A stretch of 64,000 bases of DNA, taken from Syntrophorhabdaceae bacterium (lineage in GTDB: Bacteria > Desulfobacterota > Syntrophorhabdia > Syntrophorhabdales > Syntrophorhabdaceae). Made by a program: the position numbers and the translations under genes. Within the stretch, counting starts at the first letter, position 1. The number at the start of each line of letters is the position of its first letter. The stretch spans positions 64,001-128,000 of the forward strand of contig CAXXUO010000001.1 of the NCBI GenBank assembly GCA_963666485.2, written 5' to 3'. The notes beneath the pieces are model-generated. The model made no database searches and was not told the DNA's origin. It saw only the letters and a program-made list of their open reading frames with translations. This document shows, piece by piece, positions 17,167 through 28,689 of this stretch.

Positions 17167-18162
17167 TCATTTCATGACCATTCGTGAATATGCCTTTATG
17201 TCGAGCGTCGAATAGATACCGGCGGATGCGTAAAAAGATGCGAGCGAAGCGATCATTGCCCCGTTGTCCGTGCAGTAAAGGGGGGACGATATCATGACCT
17301 CGAAGCCCTCCTCGCGTGCCCTTTCGAGGAAAACCTCGCGGAGGCGCCCGTTCGCCGCGACCCCGCCCCCGACGACGATGCGTTCTATATTGGATTGCCT
17401 GGCCGCCCTGAATGTCTTCGACACGAGCACGTCGCACACCGCCTCCTGGAACGAGGCCAGGACATCGCTGATATTCGAGTCGTTGACCGGGTTCTTTTTT
17501 GCGTACGTGATGAATGCCGTCTTGAGGCCGCTGAAACTGAAATTGCACTTCCCGTCATCCATCATGGGACGGGGAAACGCGACATGGGCGGGTGATCCCG
17601 TGCGGGCCGTCTCCTCGATGATGCGGCCCCCCGGGTACCCGAGCCCTAAGAACTTGGCGATCTTGTCAAAGGCCTCCCCCGCGGCATCGTCGAGCGTCGA
17701 GCCGACAACCCTGAACGAGCACGGTGCGTCGAACGAGAGAATTATTGTGTGTCCCCCTGAAACGACCAGGGCGACAAAGGGAAATTCGACCTCGCGCTCG
17801 AGGAATATGCTCATCGCATGCGCCTCGACGTGGTTGACCCCTATAAGCGGTATATTTCCCGCGAGGCTTAAACCTTTGGCAAAGCTCAACCCCACGAGGA
17901 CACTCCCGATAAGCCCGGGACCGGACGTGACGCCGACAAGATCGATGTCGCCGGATTGTATCCCTGCTTTTTCGAGGAGGTCATCATAGATGCCGTCGAT
18001 CAGTTCGACATGCTTGCGGGATGCTATCTCGGGGACGACGCCGCCGAACAGCCTGTGAAGGTCCGCCTGGGACGATATGATGTGGGCAAGGATGCGCCGG
18101 TCGTGGTCGATCAGTGCCAGCGATGTGTCATCGCAGGATGTATCGATGCCGAGTATTATCAT
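17167..18162 (-). CDS. tsaD: tRNA threonylcarbamoyltransferase TsaD
   Basis: GIDTSCDDT, GGVVPEIASRKH, NHVEAH, SGGHT, DDAAGEAFDK and CTDNGAMI motifs. Confidence 0.96.
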   Translation of the reverse strand: MIILGIDTSCDDTSLALIDHDRRILAHIISSQADLHRLFGGVVPEIASRKHVELIDGIYDDLLEKAGIQSGDIDLVGVTSGPGLIGSVLVGLSFAKGLSLAGNIPLIGVNHVEAHAMSIFLEREVEFPFVALVVSGGHTIILSFDAPCSFRVVGSTLDDAAGEAFDKIAKFLGLGYPGGRIIEETARTGSPAHVAFPRPMMDDGKCNFSFSGLKTAFITYAKKNPVNDSNISDVLASFQEAVCDVLVSKTFRAARQSNIERIVVGGGVAANGRLREVFLERAREEGFEVMISSPLYCTDNGAMIASLASFYASAGIYSTLDIKAYSRMVMK

Positions 18163-18172
18163 GGCGGGAATT

Positions 18173-19576
18173 CTAGATCTCTTTCGGGTTCTTTACTATC
18201 TTGATCTTCCCCTGCTTGATCATTGCCTGTTTCGACTCCTCGATAAAGGACACCAGGAACTGCTCTTTATGCCGGGCGGTATAATACTGGGAAAAGCGTT
18301 CTTTATCCTTCTGCCACTCCTGGCGGTCGGGCTCCTGTTCACCCGCGTACCCGAAGACATAATAATCCCCGTCTATTTCGACGGGCTTGTCATAGACAGG
18401 CTTGTCCTTCGCGAGGCCGAGCACGCCTGCACTGTCCCGCGGGATGGTCCCTATTTTCGGAAGCGACGACGCGGTCCTCAGGACGAAACCGGTATGGGCT
18501 TTTTTGTCCACCGACTTGCTTTTGACCGCATCCTCGGCCGCAAGGCGGGCTTTTTCCTTCGCCTTTTCAGTGGTGAGACGTGTCTTCAGGCTTTGAAGGG
18601 CAGCACTCTTTTCCATCGGCTTGCCTTCCTCGCGATCAACAAGCTGAAAGATGAGCGAGCGCCCGTCGTCCCGTATCGGCAGGGAAACGTCGCCTTTGCG
18701 CAGGTCTTTTGCCCATGTCTCGATCTTGAGGCTCTTGTATGCCCGGAACAGGTCGCTCTGGCGCACAACCCCGGTATCGTTGACCTTCAGGCCTTTTTCG
18801 CGGGCGTACGCATCCATGTCCTTCGTCTTGAGAAGGTCCATGTAAACCCGGTCATCCTTGATGGCGCTCTTTGCATCGATGACGATGTACTTGAGCCGGT
18901 ACGTGTTCTCCCCGCGGAAACGGTCTTTTTCCTTATCATAAAGATCGTTCAGCTCTTTCTCCGTGACCGTGACCTTGTCCTTGTATGCAGAGGGCGAAAA
19001 ACGGGAATAGTAAAGGTCGACCTTGCCTTTCTCGCGGACATACCCCGACCAGATGTCGGCATCCGTAACGGGTGCCCCGGTATCACGGACGATGCTGATG
19101 ACCTTTCGTATGAGAAGCATCGTCTTTTGCGACTTTTCGAACTGGTCCGGCTCTATCTTGTTCTGGCGGAGCACCGAAACATAGCGGTCCTTGTTGAATT
19201 TCCCGTCCTTTTTGAATGCCTCGATCGATCCCAGGAGATCGGCGAATTCCTGGTCGCTCACACTCAGCCCCAGTTTTTTTGCCTCGACAAGAAGAATATA
19301 CCTGTTGATGAGGTCCTGCAGGACCTTGTCCTTGAGCTCGGCCGCCATTTTTTCGTCGAACTTGTCGCGGTACAGCTGCCGGAACATCTCCAGTTCCTTG
19401 TTGTATGCCTCGTAAAATTCCGGGTACAGAAGATCGAAGCTGCCGATCTCGGCGATCTTGGTCTCTTTTTCGCGGAGCGTTCCCGCCCCGAAATAAAAGA
19501 CAAAGACGATGATGATCACGGCAAAGATCACCTTGATCAGATAGCTTCGTGCGTATTTTCTCATAAACTTGAGCAT
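18173..19576 (-). CDS. SurA N-terminal domain / PpiD-like periplasmic chaperone
   Basis: MLKFMRK N-terminal anchor; LLVEAKKLGLSVSD..AFKKDGKFNKDRY pattern. Confidence 0.8.
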   Translation of the reverse strand: MLKFMRKYARSYLIKVIFAVIIIVFVFYFGAGTLREKETKIAEIGSFDLLYPEFYEAYNKELEMFRQLYRDKFDEKMAAELKDKVLQDLINRYILLVEAKKLGLSVSDQEFADLLGSIEAFKKDGKFNKDRYVSVLRQNKIEPDQFEKSQKTMLLIRKVISIVRDTGAPVTDADIWSGYVREKGKVDLYYSRFSPSAYKDKVTVTEKELNDLYDKEKDRFRGENTYRLKYIVIDAKSAIKDDRVYMDLLKTKDMDAYAREKGLKVNDTGVVRQSDLFRAYKSLKIETWAKDLRKGDVSLPIRDDGRSLIFQLVDREEGKPMEKSAALQSLKTRLTTEKAKEKARLAAEDAVKSKSVDKKAHTGFVLRTASSLPKIGTIPRDSAGVLGLAKDKPVYDKPVEIDGDYYVFGYAGEQEPDRQEWQKDKERFSQYYTARHKEQFLVSFIEESKQAMIKQGKIKIVKNPKEI

Positions 19577-19656
19577 TGGGTTTAATACCTCTGAAAGATT
19601 ATTGATTTTGAAACTTTAAAATAGTATATTAAGGCTGTTTTTTCAATAACTTTTAA

Positions 19657-20721
<1,065 letters not shown>

Positions 20722-20733
20722 AATAGTGGTAAC

Positions 20734-21534
20734 TTGAGAAATTCAATAGCTATAATCATAGCCATTCTCGTTCTCGTCATATCATTTCTTTCCTTCACGA
20801 ATGCCCCTTTTGTCGCGAGATCGTATACGACCGTGAAAACCGGCCTCAGCAGCGTCTTCGGGCCAGTCCTGAGCGTCATCTCAAAGCCCGTCTCCTCGGT
20901 CGGGGGATTCTTCGACTCCTACTTTAATGTCGTCGGGGCAAAGAAAGAGAACCGGGAACTCAGGGAAAAATATGAAAAGCTCTATGTCGAGAACCAGAAG
21001 CTCGTCGAGACGGAACGGGAAAATGCCCGCTTGAGGAAACTCCTCGAGTTTACTCAGAAAAGGCCCAACACGATGATCGCCGCGAGCGTGATCGGGGAAG
21101 ACCTGAAGAACTGGTTCCGGTGCGTCATCATCGATAAGGGCAGCAAGCATAATGTCCGCCAGAAGATGCCCGTGGTAACGCCGAAGGGGATCGTCGGCCA
21201 GGTCGTCGAGGTGGATCCCTGGCATTCCAAGGTCATGGTCCTCAACGATACGAACTCGTCCGTCGATGTCGCCGTCGAAGGCAAGAACACGCGCGGTCTG
21301 ATCGAAGGCACCGGTCAAAACACGGTCAAGATGAAATACGTCACGAAGAACGACGACATCGAGATCGGGGATAAACTGGTGACCTCAGGGAAGGATGGCA
21401 TCTATCCCAAAGGCATTCCCGTGGGGATCGTTATAACGGCAAACAAGGGCAAGGCCGGCATATTCACGGACATCGAGGTCATGCCGTACAACAATTTCAG
21501 GCAGCTCGACGAGGTGCTGCTCGTCAGAAAATAA
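20734..21534 (+). CDS. mreC: Rod shape-determining protein MreC
   Basis: TM anchor, coiled coil ENARLRKLL, IIDKG and TSGKDGIYPKGIPVG; follows mreB. Confidence 0.93.
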   Translation: MRNSIAIIIAILVLVISFLSFTNAPFVARSYTTVKTGLSSVFGPVLSVISKPVSSVGGFFDSYFNVVGAKKENRELREKYEKLYVENQKLVETERENARLRKLLEFTQKRPNTMIAASVIGEDLKNWFRCVIIDKGSKHNVRQKMPVVTPKGIVGQVVEVDPWHSKVMVLNDTNSSVDVAVEGKNTRGLIEGTGQNTVKMKYVTKNDDIEIGDKLVTSGKDGIYPKGIPVGIVITANKGKAGIFTDIEVMPYNNFRQLDEVLLVRK

Positions 21535-22025
21535 TGAAAACCTCGCTCTACATCTTTATCGGGATAATACTCCTTCTCATAGAAACTGTCATTTCGCCCC
21601 ATGTTTCCCTTGATGTCTTAAAGCCCGAGCTCGGTATACCTGTCGTCCTGTACGTGACCTTTTTCCTCGGCCCGGGACCCGGGCTTGTTGCCGCCGTGTG
21701 CATAGGACTTGCAGAAGAAGGGCTCTCAGGCGCCCCCAATGGCTCCCTTCTCTTCGTGACCATGGTGATATACCTGATAGCGGCGCTTATGCGCAAAAAA
21801 TATTTCGTCGATTCCAAGTACACCTTCGCCTATTTTTCGAGCGGTGCGGTGCTCGTGCAGTCATTCCTGTTCGCCGCGCTTACGTTCTTCGCACATGGCG
21901 AAACACGCGGGATCCTCAATATCGCCTTCTACATGGTCCCGAACGCCATCATTACCGGTTTCGTCTCCATCCTTCTTTTTACCTTCATCGACCGGCTGAA
22001 CAACATCCTTATGGAGCGGTCTTAA
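21534..22025 (+). CDS. mreD: Rod shape-determining protein MreD
   Basis: Hydrophobic 163-aa protein between mreC and mrdA. Confidence 0.8.
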   Translation: MKTSLYIFIGIILLLIETVISPHVSLDVLKPELGIPVVLYVTFFLGPGPGLVAAVCIGLAEEGLSGAPNGSLLFVTMVIYLIAALMRKKYFVDSKYTFAYFSSGAVLVQSFLFAALTFFAHGETRGILNIAFYMVPNAIITGFVSILLFTFIDRLNNILMERS

Positions 22026-22026
22026 G

Positions 22027-23832
22027 ATGAAGGAGGAAAAATTCACCGCCAAATACAAATGGTGCACCCTTGTCCTCGTGCTCACCATGACGGTCCTTCT
22101 CATCAGGCTGTGGGACCTGCAGATCATGCGCGGGTCGGAAATGCGCAAACTCTCGGAGCAGAACCGGATCCGGGTGAAAAAGATCGTGGCGGCGCGCGGC
22201 ATCATCTTTGACCGGACAGGAAAAGTACTGGCAGACACCCGGCCATCATTCAATATTTACCTGACCCCGGAAGATATCAAGGATTTCAGCCAGACGGTGG
22301 ACGGCCTTGCCCAGCTCCTTTCATGCGACCGGGAGGAGATCATTGAAAAAATGAAGGCCGCAAGCGGCATGCCGCCGTCTTTCCCTATCAAGATCAAATC
22401 GGATATTCCCATGGACGAGGTTGCCCGGGTCGAGGCGAACAGGATCTATATACCGGGCATCTCGATCCAGATCGAACCGAAACGAAACTATCCCTACGCC
22501 GCATCATTTGCGCACGTCATCGGCTATGTCTCGGAGATCAGCGACGAGGAGCTGAAGGACAAGAAGAAATACAAGGATTATTCACCCGGGGATTATATCG
22601 GGAAATACGGCCTGGAACGTTCCTATGAAAAAGAATTGCGCGGCACCGACGGTGAAAAACGGGTCGAGGTTGACGCGATGGGCCGCGAGATCCGGACGCT
22701 GGACGTCGTCGAGCCCATCCCGGGGCACAGCCTTCATCTCAACATGGACCTCGATCTCCAGTTGACAGCAGACAAGGCCCTCGAGACGCGCAAAGGGGCG
22801 GCGATAGCACTCAATCCCAAGACGGGCGGGGTGCTTGTCCTTGCGAGCAGGCCGGGCTTCGACCCGAACCTCTTTGCCTCGGGCATAAAGAAAAAGGACT
22901 GGCAAAAGATAGCCCTCGATAAGGCGCATCCCCTGCAAAACAGGGCGATCCAGGGCGGATACCCTCCGGGATCGACCTTCAAGATATTGCTTGCGCTCAA
23001 GGCGCTCGAGGTCGGAGTGATCAACGAGCGGACCACGTTTCACTGCGGAGGCGGCTTCGCATACGGGAACCGGGTGTTCAAGTGCTGGAAAAAAGGCGGG
23101 CACGGCTCCGTATCGGTCCACCGCGCAATCGTGGAATCCTGCGATGTCTTCTTCTACAATGTCGGGCTCAAGCTCGGCGTCGACAGGATCCACGAGATGG
23201 GCGACATCCTCGGCATGGGAAGATTAACAGGCATCGACCTGCCGGCCGAGCAAAAGGGCCTCATCCCGTCGACTGAATGGAAGAGAAGGCGCTACAACCA
23301 GCCCTGGTACGAGGGTGAGACCGTATCTGTCGCTATCGGGCAGGGTGCCGTGTGGCTTACCCCTATCCACCTTGCAATGCTGTCATCATTTGTCGCCAAC
23401 GACGGCAAGAACTTCAAGCCGCAGTTAGTCAACAGGATCGTATCCAATCAAGGTAAGGTCCTTAAGACGTTCGAGCCGGTCGTCAACGCCGAGCTGAAAT
23501 TGAAGCCGGGTGTGCTGAAGCTCGTCAAAGACGGGATGCGGGGGGTCGTCAATGAGCCGGGAGGCACGGCAGGTGCGTCCAAGGTGCAAAACGTGCTCAT
23601 GAGCGGGAAGACGGGTACCGCCCAGGCAGGCTCCGACAAGGTGAAACTGGGCGACCATGCATGGTTCATTGCGTATGCCCCGTCGGAGGATGCGTCCATC
23701 GCAATGGCAATACTGGTCGAGCACGGTCTCCACGGCTCGTCGGCGGCCGCGCCTATCGCAAAAGGGATCACGGAGACCCTTTTCAAGGTTAAACCGGACA
23801 TAAAGGAAGCAAAGGTCCATGAGAATAGATAA
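22027..23832 (+). CDS. mrdA: Penicillin-binding protein 2
   Basis: RGIIFDR, PGSTFK (SxxK), SCD (SxN/D) and KTGTAQ motifs. Confidence 0.95.
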   Translation: MKEEKFTAKYKWCTLVLVLTMTVLLIRLWDLQIMRGSEMRKLSEQNRIRVKKIVAARGIIFDRTGKVLADTRPSFNIYLTPEDIKDFSQTVDGLAQLLSCDREEIIEKMKAASGMPPSFPIKIKSDIPMDEVARVEANRIYIPGISIQIEPKRNYPYAASFAHVIGYVSEISDEELKDKKKYKDYSPGDYIGKYGLERSYEKELRGTDGEKRVEVDAMGREIRTLDVVEPIPGHSLHLNMDLDLQLTADKALETRKGAAIALNPKTGGVLVLASRPGFDPNLFASGIKKKDWQKIALDKAHPLQNRAIQGGYPPGSTFKILLALKALEVGVINERTTFHCGGGFAYGNRVFKCWKKGGHGSVSVHRAIVESCDVFFYNVGLKLGVDRIHEMGDILGMGRLTGIDLPAEQKGLIPSTEWKRRRYNQPWYEGETVSVAIGQGAVWLTPIHLAMLSSFVANDGKNFKPQLVNRIVSNQGKVLKTFEPVVNAELKLKPGVLKLVKDGMRGVVNEPGGTAGASKVQNVLMSGKTGTAQAGSDKVKLGDHAWFIAYAPSEDASIAMAILVEHGLHGSSAAAPIAKGITETLFKVKPDIKEAKVHENR

Positions 23833-24925
23833 ACGCAGATACTATCATCTCGACTGGTACCTGATAATCAACGGCCTTTTTATATTCGGCATCGGGATGA
23901 TGAACCTCATCAGTGCCACGAGCTCATTTTCAAGCGGGTCGTGGAACTTCATCATCAAGCAGCTCATCGCGTTTGCCTTGGGGCTTGCGCTCATGCTCGT
24001 CATCATGTATTACGATTACCGTATAATCGCCAATCATTCCAAGTGGATTTATGCAGGGGGCATTTGCCTCGTCATCCTCGTCCTGCTTATCGGGCTCGCC
24101 GCAGGGGGTGCGAAAAGATGGATCAGTCTTTTCGGGTTCAGCATCCAGCCTTCGGAACTCATGAAACCGATCCTCGTCATATTCCTGGCCAACATGCTCT
24201 ATGACCGGAAGCGGCAGAACATGCCGCTCAGCCTGAAAGACATCGCCAAGCCCCTTTTCTGGACCTTTCTGCCCTTTGTCCTCATTGTTAAACAGCCTGA
24301 CCTGGGGACGGGTATCGTCATTCTTCTCGTTTCTTTCTCTATGCTCTGGTATGTCGGCCTCAAGAAATCGACATATGCCGTGATCTTCGGTGTCGGCGCC
24401 ATATCACCTTTCATAGCCTGGCTCTACCTCATGAAACCGTACCAGAAGATGCGGGTCCTGAGCTTTATCAATATCGATGCCGATCCGGCGGGATTCGGTT
24501 ATCACGCGAAACAGGCTATAATAGCTGTGGGGTCGGGGAAATTCCTCGGAAAGGGTTTCATGAACGGGACGCAGCACAAGCTCCAGTTCATACCGGAACA
24601 CCACACCGACTTCATTTTTACCGTCTTCAGCGAGGAATGGGGATTTATCGGCTCCGTGGTCCTGTTCGCATTGTTTATCTCTTTCATAAACCGTTGCCTC
24701 AAGGTCGCGATGAACGCCCACGATGAGCTCGGATCCATCATAGCGTTCGGCATCGCAGCCATTTTCTATGTGCAGTTCACGATAAACGTCATGATGGCAA
24801 TACACCTCGCCCCCGTTGTCGGCATTCCCCTGCCCCTCATAAGCTACGGGGGATCGTCCCTCATATCCATGATGATGTCCATAGCACTGTTGCTGAACAT
24901 TAGCACGCGGCGCTATATGTTCTGA
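23819..24925 (+). CDS. rodA: Rod shape-determining protein RodA
   Basis: QPSELMK, QPDLGT, PEHHTDFIF and SYGGSS motifs. Confidence 0.95.
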   Translation: MRIDKRRYYHLDWYLIINGLFIFGIGMMNLISATSSFSSGSWNFIIKQLIAFALGLALMLVIMYYDYRIIANHSKWIYAGGICLVILVLLIGLAAGGAKRWISLFGFSIQPSELMKPILVIFLANMLYDRKRQNMPLSLKDIAKPLFWTFLPFVLIVKQPDLGTGIVILLVSFSMLWYVGLKKSTYAVIFGVGAISPFIAWLYLMKPYQKMRVLSFINIDADPAGFGYHAKQAIIAVGSGKFLGKGFMNGTQHKLQFIPEHHTDFIFTVFSEEWGFIGSVVLFALFISFINRCLKVAMNAHDELGSIIAFGIAAIFYVQFTINVMMAIHLAPVVGIPLPLISYGGSSLISMMMSIALLLNISTRRYMF

Positions 24926-24928
24926 AAA

Positions 24929-25358
24929 CCGGCGTACGGCTAACGGCGTACGGCTAACGGGAAAAGCGGGCGACCTGAAACGGCTAACGGCGTACGGCTG
25001 ACGGGAAAACCGGGCAACCTGAGACCTTCAACTATAGGCGTAAGAACGGCGTACGGCGTACGGCTGACGGGAAAACCGGGCAACCTGAGACCTTCAACTA
25101 TATATGTGTCAGGTTGTAAACGCTTTTAGTGACTTGTGCAATCTATTTTATTGTCTGCATGCGTCCCGCAAGATCGAAACCTTATACATTTACACCTCGG
25201 CTTTTCACCTTTCGCCGTGCACCTTTCTCCTTTCTCCTTTAGCCTTTAGCCTTTCGCCTTTCGCCTTTCGCCTTTCGCCTTTCGCCGTACGCCGTTAGCC
25301 GTTAGCCGTTAGCCGTTAGCCGTACGCCGTTAGCCGTACGCCGTTAGCCGTACGCCGT
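24929..25358. repeat. Complex repeat region of heptamer tracts and two identical 50-bp direct repeats
   Basis: (ACGGCGT/ACGGCTA)n on the left; identical 50-mers at 24987-25036 and 25053-25102; (CCTTTCG)n then complementary (CCGTTAG/CCGTACG)n on the right. Confidence 0.9.
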
Positions 25359-25361
25359 TCC

Positions 25362-25389
25362 TTGACATCCCCCCGTTGTCTGCTATACT
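25362..25389 (+). promoter_or_regulatory. Sigma70-type promoter of the GNAT gene
   Basis: TTGACA-N16-TATACT with an extended -10 TG. Confidence 0.65.
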
Positions 25390-25428
25390 CGACAGTAAGT
25401 AAGCTTCAAATGCGGGGAGGCAGACAGC

Positions 25429-25872
25429 GTGGATCTCGTGGAGCCCGTAAAGCTCAGATTGCTTACCTTAAAAGACCTCGATTCTATCACCGATATCGAC
25501 GAATCACTCCTGGGGACACGACGAAGGGATTATTGGGCGGTGAGGCTCGAACGGGCCGAAACATCGGGTGTCCCGTCGCTTGCAGCGGAGGTCAGCGGGC
25601 GCGTTATCGGGTTTATCCTGGGCAGTGCGAGCGGATGGGAGTACGGTATACCGGAGAATATCGCATGGATCGACACCCTCGGCGTCAGGAAGGAATACCA
25701 GAAGAAGGGCATCGCGCGGCTTCTCTTCCGGGAAATGTTCTTCATGTTCAAAGAGGTCGGGGTCGATACCATCTACGTCTTCGTGAACTGGAGGGACTGG
25801 GACCTCCTCAAATTCTTCGATAAGATGGGGTTCAGGCGGGGAGATATGATAAACCTCCAGATGAAGATCTAA
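25429..25872 (+). CDS. GNAT family N-acetyltransferase
   Basis: GGGAGG SD and GTG start; WIDTLGVRKEYQKKGIARLL and FFDKMGF motifs. Confidence 0.88.
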   Translation: MDLVEPVKLRLLTLKDLDSITDIDESLLGTRRRDYWAVRLERAETSGVPSLAAEVSGRVIGFILGSASGWEYGIPENIAWIDTLGVRKEYQKKGIARLLFREMFFMFKEVGVDTIYVFVNWRDWDLLKFFDKMGFRRGDMINLQMKI

Positions 25873-26064
25873 AAGTCTGAAAAGGGCCGACTTTTGCCGG
25901 CCCCGTGGTACATACCACAGAAAGACCGGGGCAACAAAGGCACCGCCAGCCCCGGCCTTTCTATTGAAAGCCCCATTGAATTCTGTTTTCTTCCGGCCCT
26001 CATTTTTCCTTCTTCTCCTTACGCCTTACGCCTTACGCCTTACGCCTCTATGTTTCTTTTGTTC

Positions 26065-26092
26065 TTGAAACTAAAGCAAAAACTGCTATAAT
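26065..26092 (+). promoter_or_regulatory. Sigma70-type promoter of ruvX (probably leaderless)
   Basis: TTGAAA-N16-TATAAT with extended TG, 5 nt before ATG 26098. Confidence 0.6.
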
Positions 26093-26097
26093 AGGTG

Positions 26098-26514
26098 ATG
26101 CGAATACTTGGATTGGATGTGGGGGACAAGAAGATCGGTGTGTCTTTGTCCGATCCTACCCTTTCTATTGCCCAGGGCCTTAAACTCTACCGGCGGGCTT
26201 CTCTCGAAGAGGATATCGAAGAGTTCAAGCGGATAGTAAAAGAACATGAGGTCGGGGAGATAGTTATCGGCCTGCCCAAGGACTTGAGCGGCAAGATCGG
26301 CACCCGGGCGCAAGGTGTTATCGGGCTCGCCGATAAGATCCGGGAATCGATAGATGTCCCGGTCAACCTGTGGGACGAAAGATTCAGCACAAACGAAGCG
26401 CATCGGGTTTTTGACATGGCCGAGGTCCGGCACAAAAAAAGGAAACCGTATCTGGACATTATGGCGTCACAGATAATTCTTCAGGGATACCTTGATGCTC
26501 GCAGCACGCGATAA
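26098..26514 (+). CDS. ruvX: RuvX/YqgF family nuclease
   Basis: MRILGLDVGDKKIGVSLSD, VIGLP, WDERFST and D..A..IILQGYLD motifs. Confidence 0.92.
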   Translation: MRILGLDVGDKKIGVSLSDPTLSIAQGLKLYRRASLEEDIEEFKRIVKEHEVGEIVIGLPKDLSGKIGTRAQGVIGLADKIRESIDVPVNLWDERFSTNEAHRVFDMAEVRHKKRKPYLDIMASQIILQGYLDARSTR

Positions 26515-27496
26515 AAAAATAATCGTCATCGCCTTCATTATTTTTCTGTTCTCGCAGACGCTTATATTTGCAAGCATTCCCCGGGACACGGACCCCGCAT
26601 TGCGCCCGGTCGTCATAAAAAGCGGGACACGGCTTCCTGAAATAGCCGACATTCTCAAGAAAGAAGACCTCATTTACTCGAAAACACTTTTCGTTATAGG
26701 TTCGATGATCTACGGCGGGCGGCTGATAGCCGGTGAATACGACCTGCGACGCGACATGTCGACCCTCGAGATCATCATGAAAATGGGCCAGGGCAAGAGG
26801 AACATATACACCCTGAAGATCATTGAAGGACAGAATATCTACACGATAGCGGACACCTTTGAGCAAAGCCGCATCATGACGAAGGAAGAATTCCTGAAGC
26901 TTGCCTCGTCGAAGGAATTTCTTGAAAGGATCGGTGTCGCAACCGGCTCGCTCGAAGGGTACCTCTACCCGGACACGTATTTCTACAGCAAGGAGATAGA
27001 TAGGGAAAAATTGATCGAACGTATCGTCCGGCGGACCCTGAAGATATTCGAAGACCCCGGGATCAAAGAGAAGATGGCCCGCCGCAACATGGACATCAAC
27101 AAGACCTTGACGCTGGCGTCAATGATAGAGAAAGAATCGGGAGTGAACGGGGAGCGGCCCCTTGTCTCCGCTGTCTTTCACAACAGGCTGAAGAAGGGTA
27201 TGTCTCTTGACTGTGACCCCACGGTCATCTACGGAACAAAGGGTTTCGGGGCCCCCATCACGAGAACGGACCTCAGGACATTTACCCCGTACAATACATA
27301 CAGTTTCAAAGGTTTGCCGGCCGGCCCCATATGCAGCCCGTCAAAGCCGTCCATCCTGGCGGCCTTAAGCCCCGCCGACGTCGATTATCTCTTTTTCGTC
27401 TCGAAAAATGATGGTACCCATGTCTTTTCCCGGGACATGGCCGAACATAACAAATACGTAACTATGTATCAGAGAACCAGGACAACACACCAATAA
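26492..27496 (+). CDS. mltG: Endolytic transglycosylase MltG
   Basis: LEGYLYPDTY, LASMIEKE, VFHNRL, PYNTY..GLPAGPI and YLFFV motifs. Confidence 0.92.
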   Translation: MMLAARDKKIIVIAFIIFLFSQTLIFASIPRDTDPALRPVVIKSGTRLPEIADILKKEDLIYSKTLFVIGSMIYGGRLIAGEYDLRRDMSTLEIIMKMGQGKRNIYTLKIIEGQNIYTIADTFEQSRIMTKEEFLKLASSKEFLERIGVATGSLEGYLYPDTYFYSKEIDREKLIERIVRRTLKIFEDPGIKEKMARRNMDINKTLTLASMIEKESGVNGERPLVSAVFHNRLKKGMSLDCDPTVIYGTKGFGAPITRTDLRTFTPYNTYSFKGLPAGPICSPSKPSILAALSPADVDYLFFVSKNDGTHVFSRDMAEHNKYVTMYQRTRTTHQ

Positions 27497-27506
27497 GGAG
27501 GAATGT

Positions 27507-28688
27507 ATGGCAAAAGATGTTGCAGTTATCGGCGTTGGCCAGACTTACTTTGTCAGGGGCTATGAAGGCTCCATCAGGGAACTGGCCTTCGAAGCCTTCA
27601 GGGAAGCAATGAAGGATGCTAACCTCACCACGAAGGACGTGGATGCTTCCGTGTTCTGCTCCGCCCCGGAATATGACAAGCAGCGGTCACCGGCCGGCGT
27701 GTTGGCTGAGTACCTCGGCCTTGTGCCGCAGCCGACATTCTATGTTGAGACGGTCTGCTCGTCAAGCACCGTCGGCGTCAAGATCGGCTACAGCATGATC
27801 AAAGCCGGACTTCATGACATCGTCGTAATACTCGGCTTCCAGAAAATGTCAGAGATCACCTCTGCCGAGTCCCAGGAAAGAATGGGCCGCGGCGGCGACA
27901 TTCAGTGGGAAGCCCCGTTCGGCACGATGATGCCCGCGTACTACGCGCTGTATGCCCAGGCATACCTTGCAAAGAATGGCCTCACCCTCGATGACTTGAG
28001 GGACGTCAGGGTCAAGGCAGCCACCTACGGCCAGATCAATGAAAGGGCCGTGTACCGCAAAGGCGTAAAACCTGAAGATTTCGATCCCAACAACCCGGAT
28101 GCCAAGATGGCAGGCCCGGTCGCATCACCCCTTCGCGTTGGCGATTGCTGCGCAAACGCAGACGGCGCATCATGCATCATCCTGGCGAATGCCGAGAAGG
28201 CAAAGATCTTCCAGAAGAAACCTGTCTGGATCCTCGGTATCGGCGCGGCATCGGAAGTCGTCAACATGGCATCACGCCCCGATTTCTCAAAAGGCATCCA
28301 GGTCGCCAAGGCAGCCGCAGGCCAGGCCTATAAAATGGCAGGCATCGGTCCCCAGCAGGTCAACGTGGCTGAAGTTCATGACTGCTTCACCATCGCAGAG
28401 ATCATGGCGTATGAAGGCCTCGGATTCGCACCGGAAGGCGACGGCAAACAGCTGATCCGTGAGAAGGCAACCTATAAAGAAGGCAAGATCCCCGTCAACG
28501 TTGACGGCGGTCTCCTCTCAAAAGGTCACCCCATCGGAGCGACAGGCGGTTCACAGATCCGGACGATCGTCCTCCAGTTAAGGGACGAAGCCGGCCCGAT
28601 GCAGGTAAAAGATCCTCAGATCGGCCTCAACCACAATATTGGCGGTGTAGGCCTCTACGGAAACGTCACAATTTTTGGGAGGGACTAA
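27507..28688 (+). CDS. Thiolase (SCP2/archaeal-type acetyl-CoA acetyltransferase family)
   Basis: ETVCSSS, EVHDCF, GGLLSKGHPIGATG and HNIGG motifs; AGGAGG SD. Confidence 0.9.
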   Translation: MAKDVAVIGVGQTYFVRGYEGSIRELAFEAFREAMKDANLTTKDVDASVFCSAPEYDKQRSPAGVLAEYLGLVPQPTFYVETVCSSSTVGVKIGYSMIKAGLHDIVVILGFQKMSEITSAESQERMGRGGDIQWEAPFGTMMPAYYALYAQAYLAKNGLTLDDLRDVRVKAATYGQINERAVYRKGVKPEDFDPNNPDAKMAGPVASPLRVGDCCANADGASCIILANAEKAKIFQKKPVWILGIGAASEVVNMASRPDFSKGIQVAKAAAGQAYKMAGIGPQQVNVAEVHDCFTIAEIMAYEGLGFAPEGDGKQLIREKATYKEGKIPVNVDGGLLSKGHPIGATGGSQIRTIVLQLRDEAGPMQVKDPQIGLNHNIGGVGLYGNVTIFGRD

Positions 28689-28689
28689 G

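Noticed and set aside
24987..25102. 50-bp direct repeats as a mini-CRISPR or att sites
   Set aside because: Only two exact copies 16 bp apart, with no cas gene or integrase.
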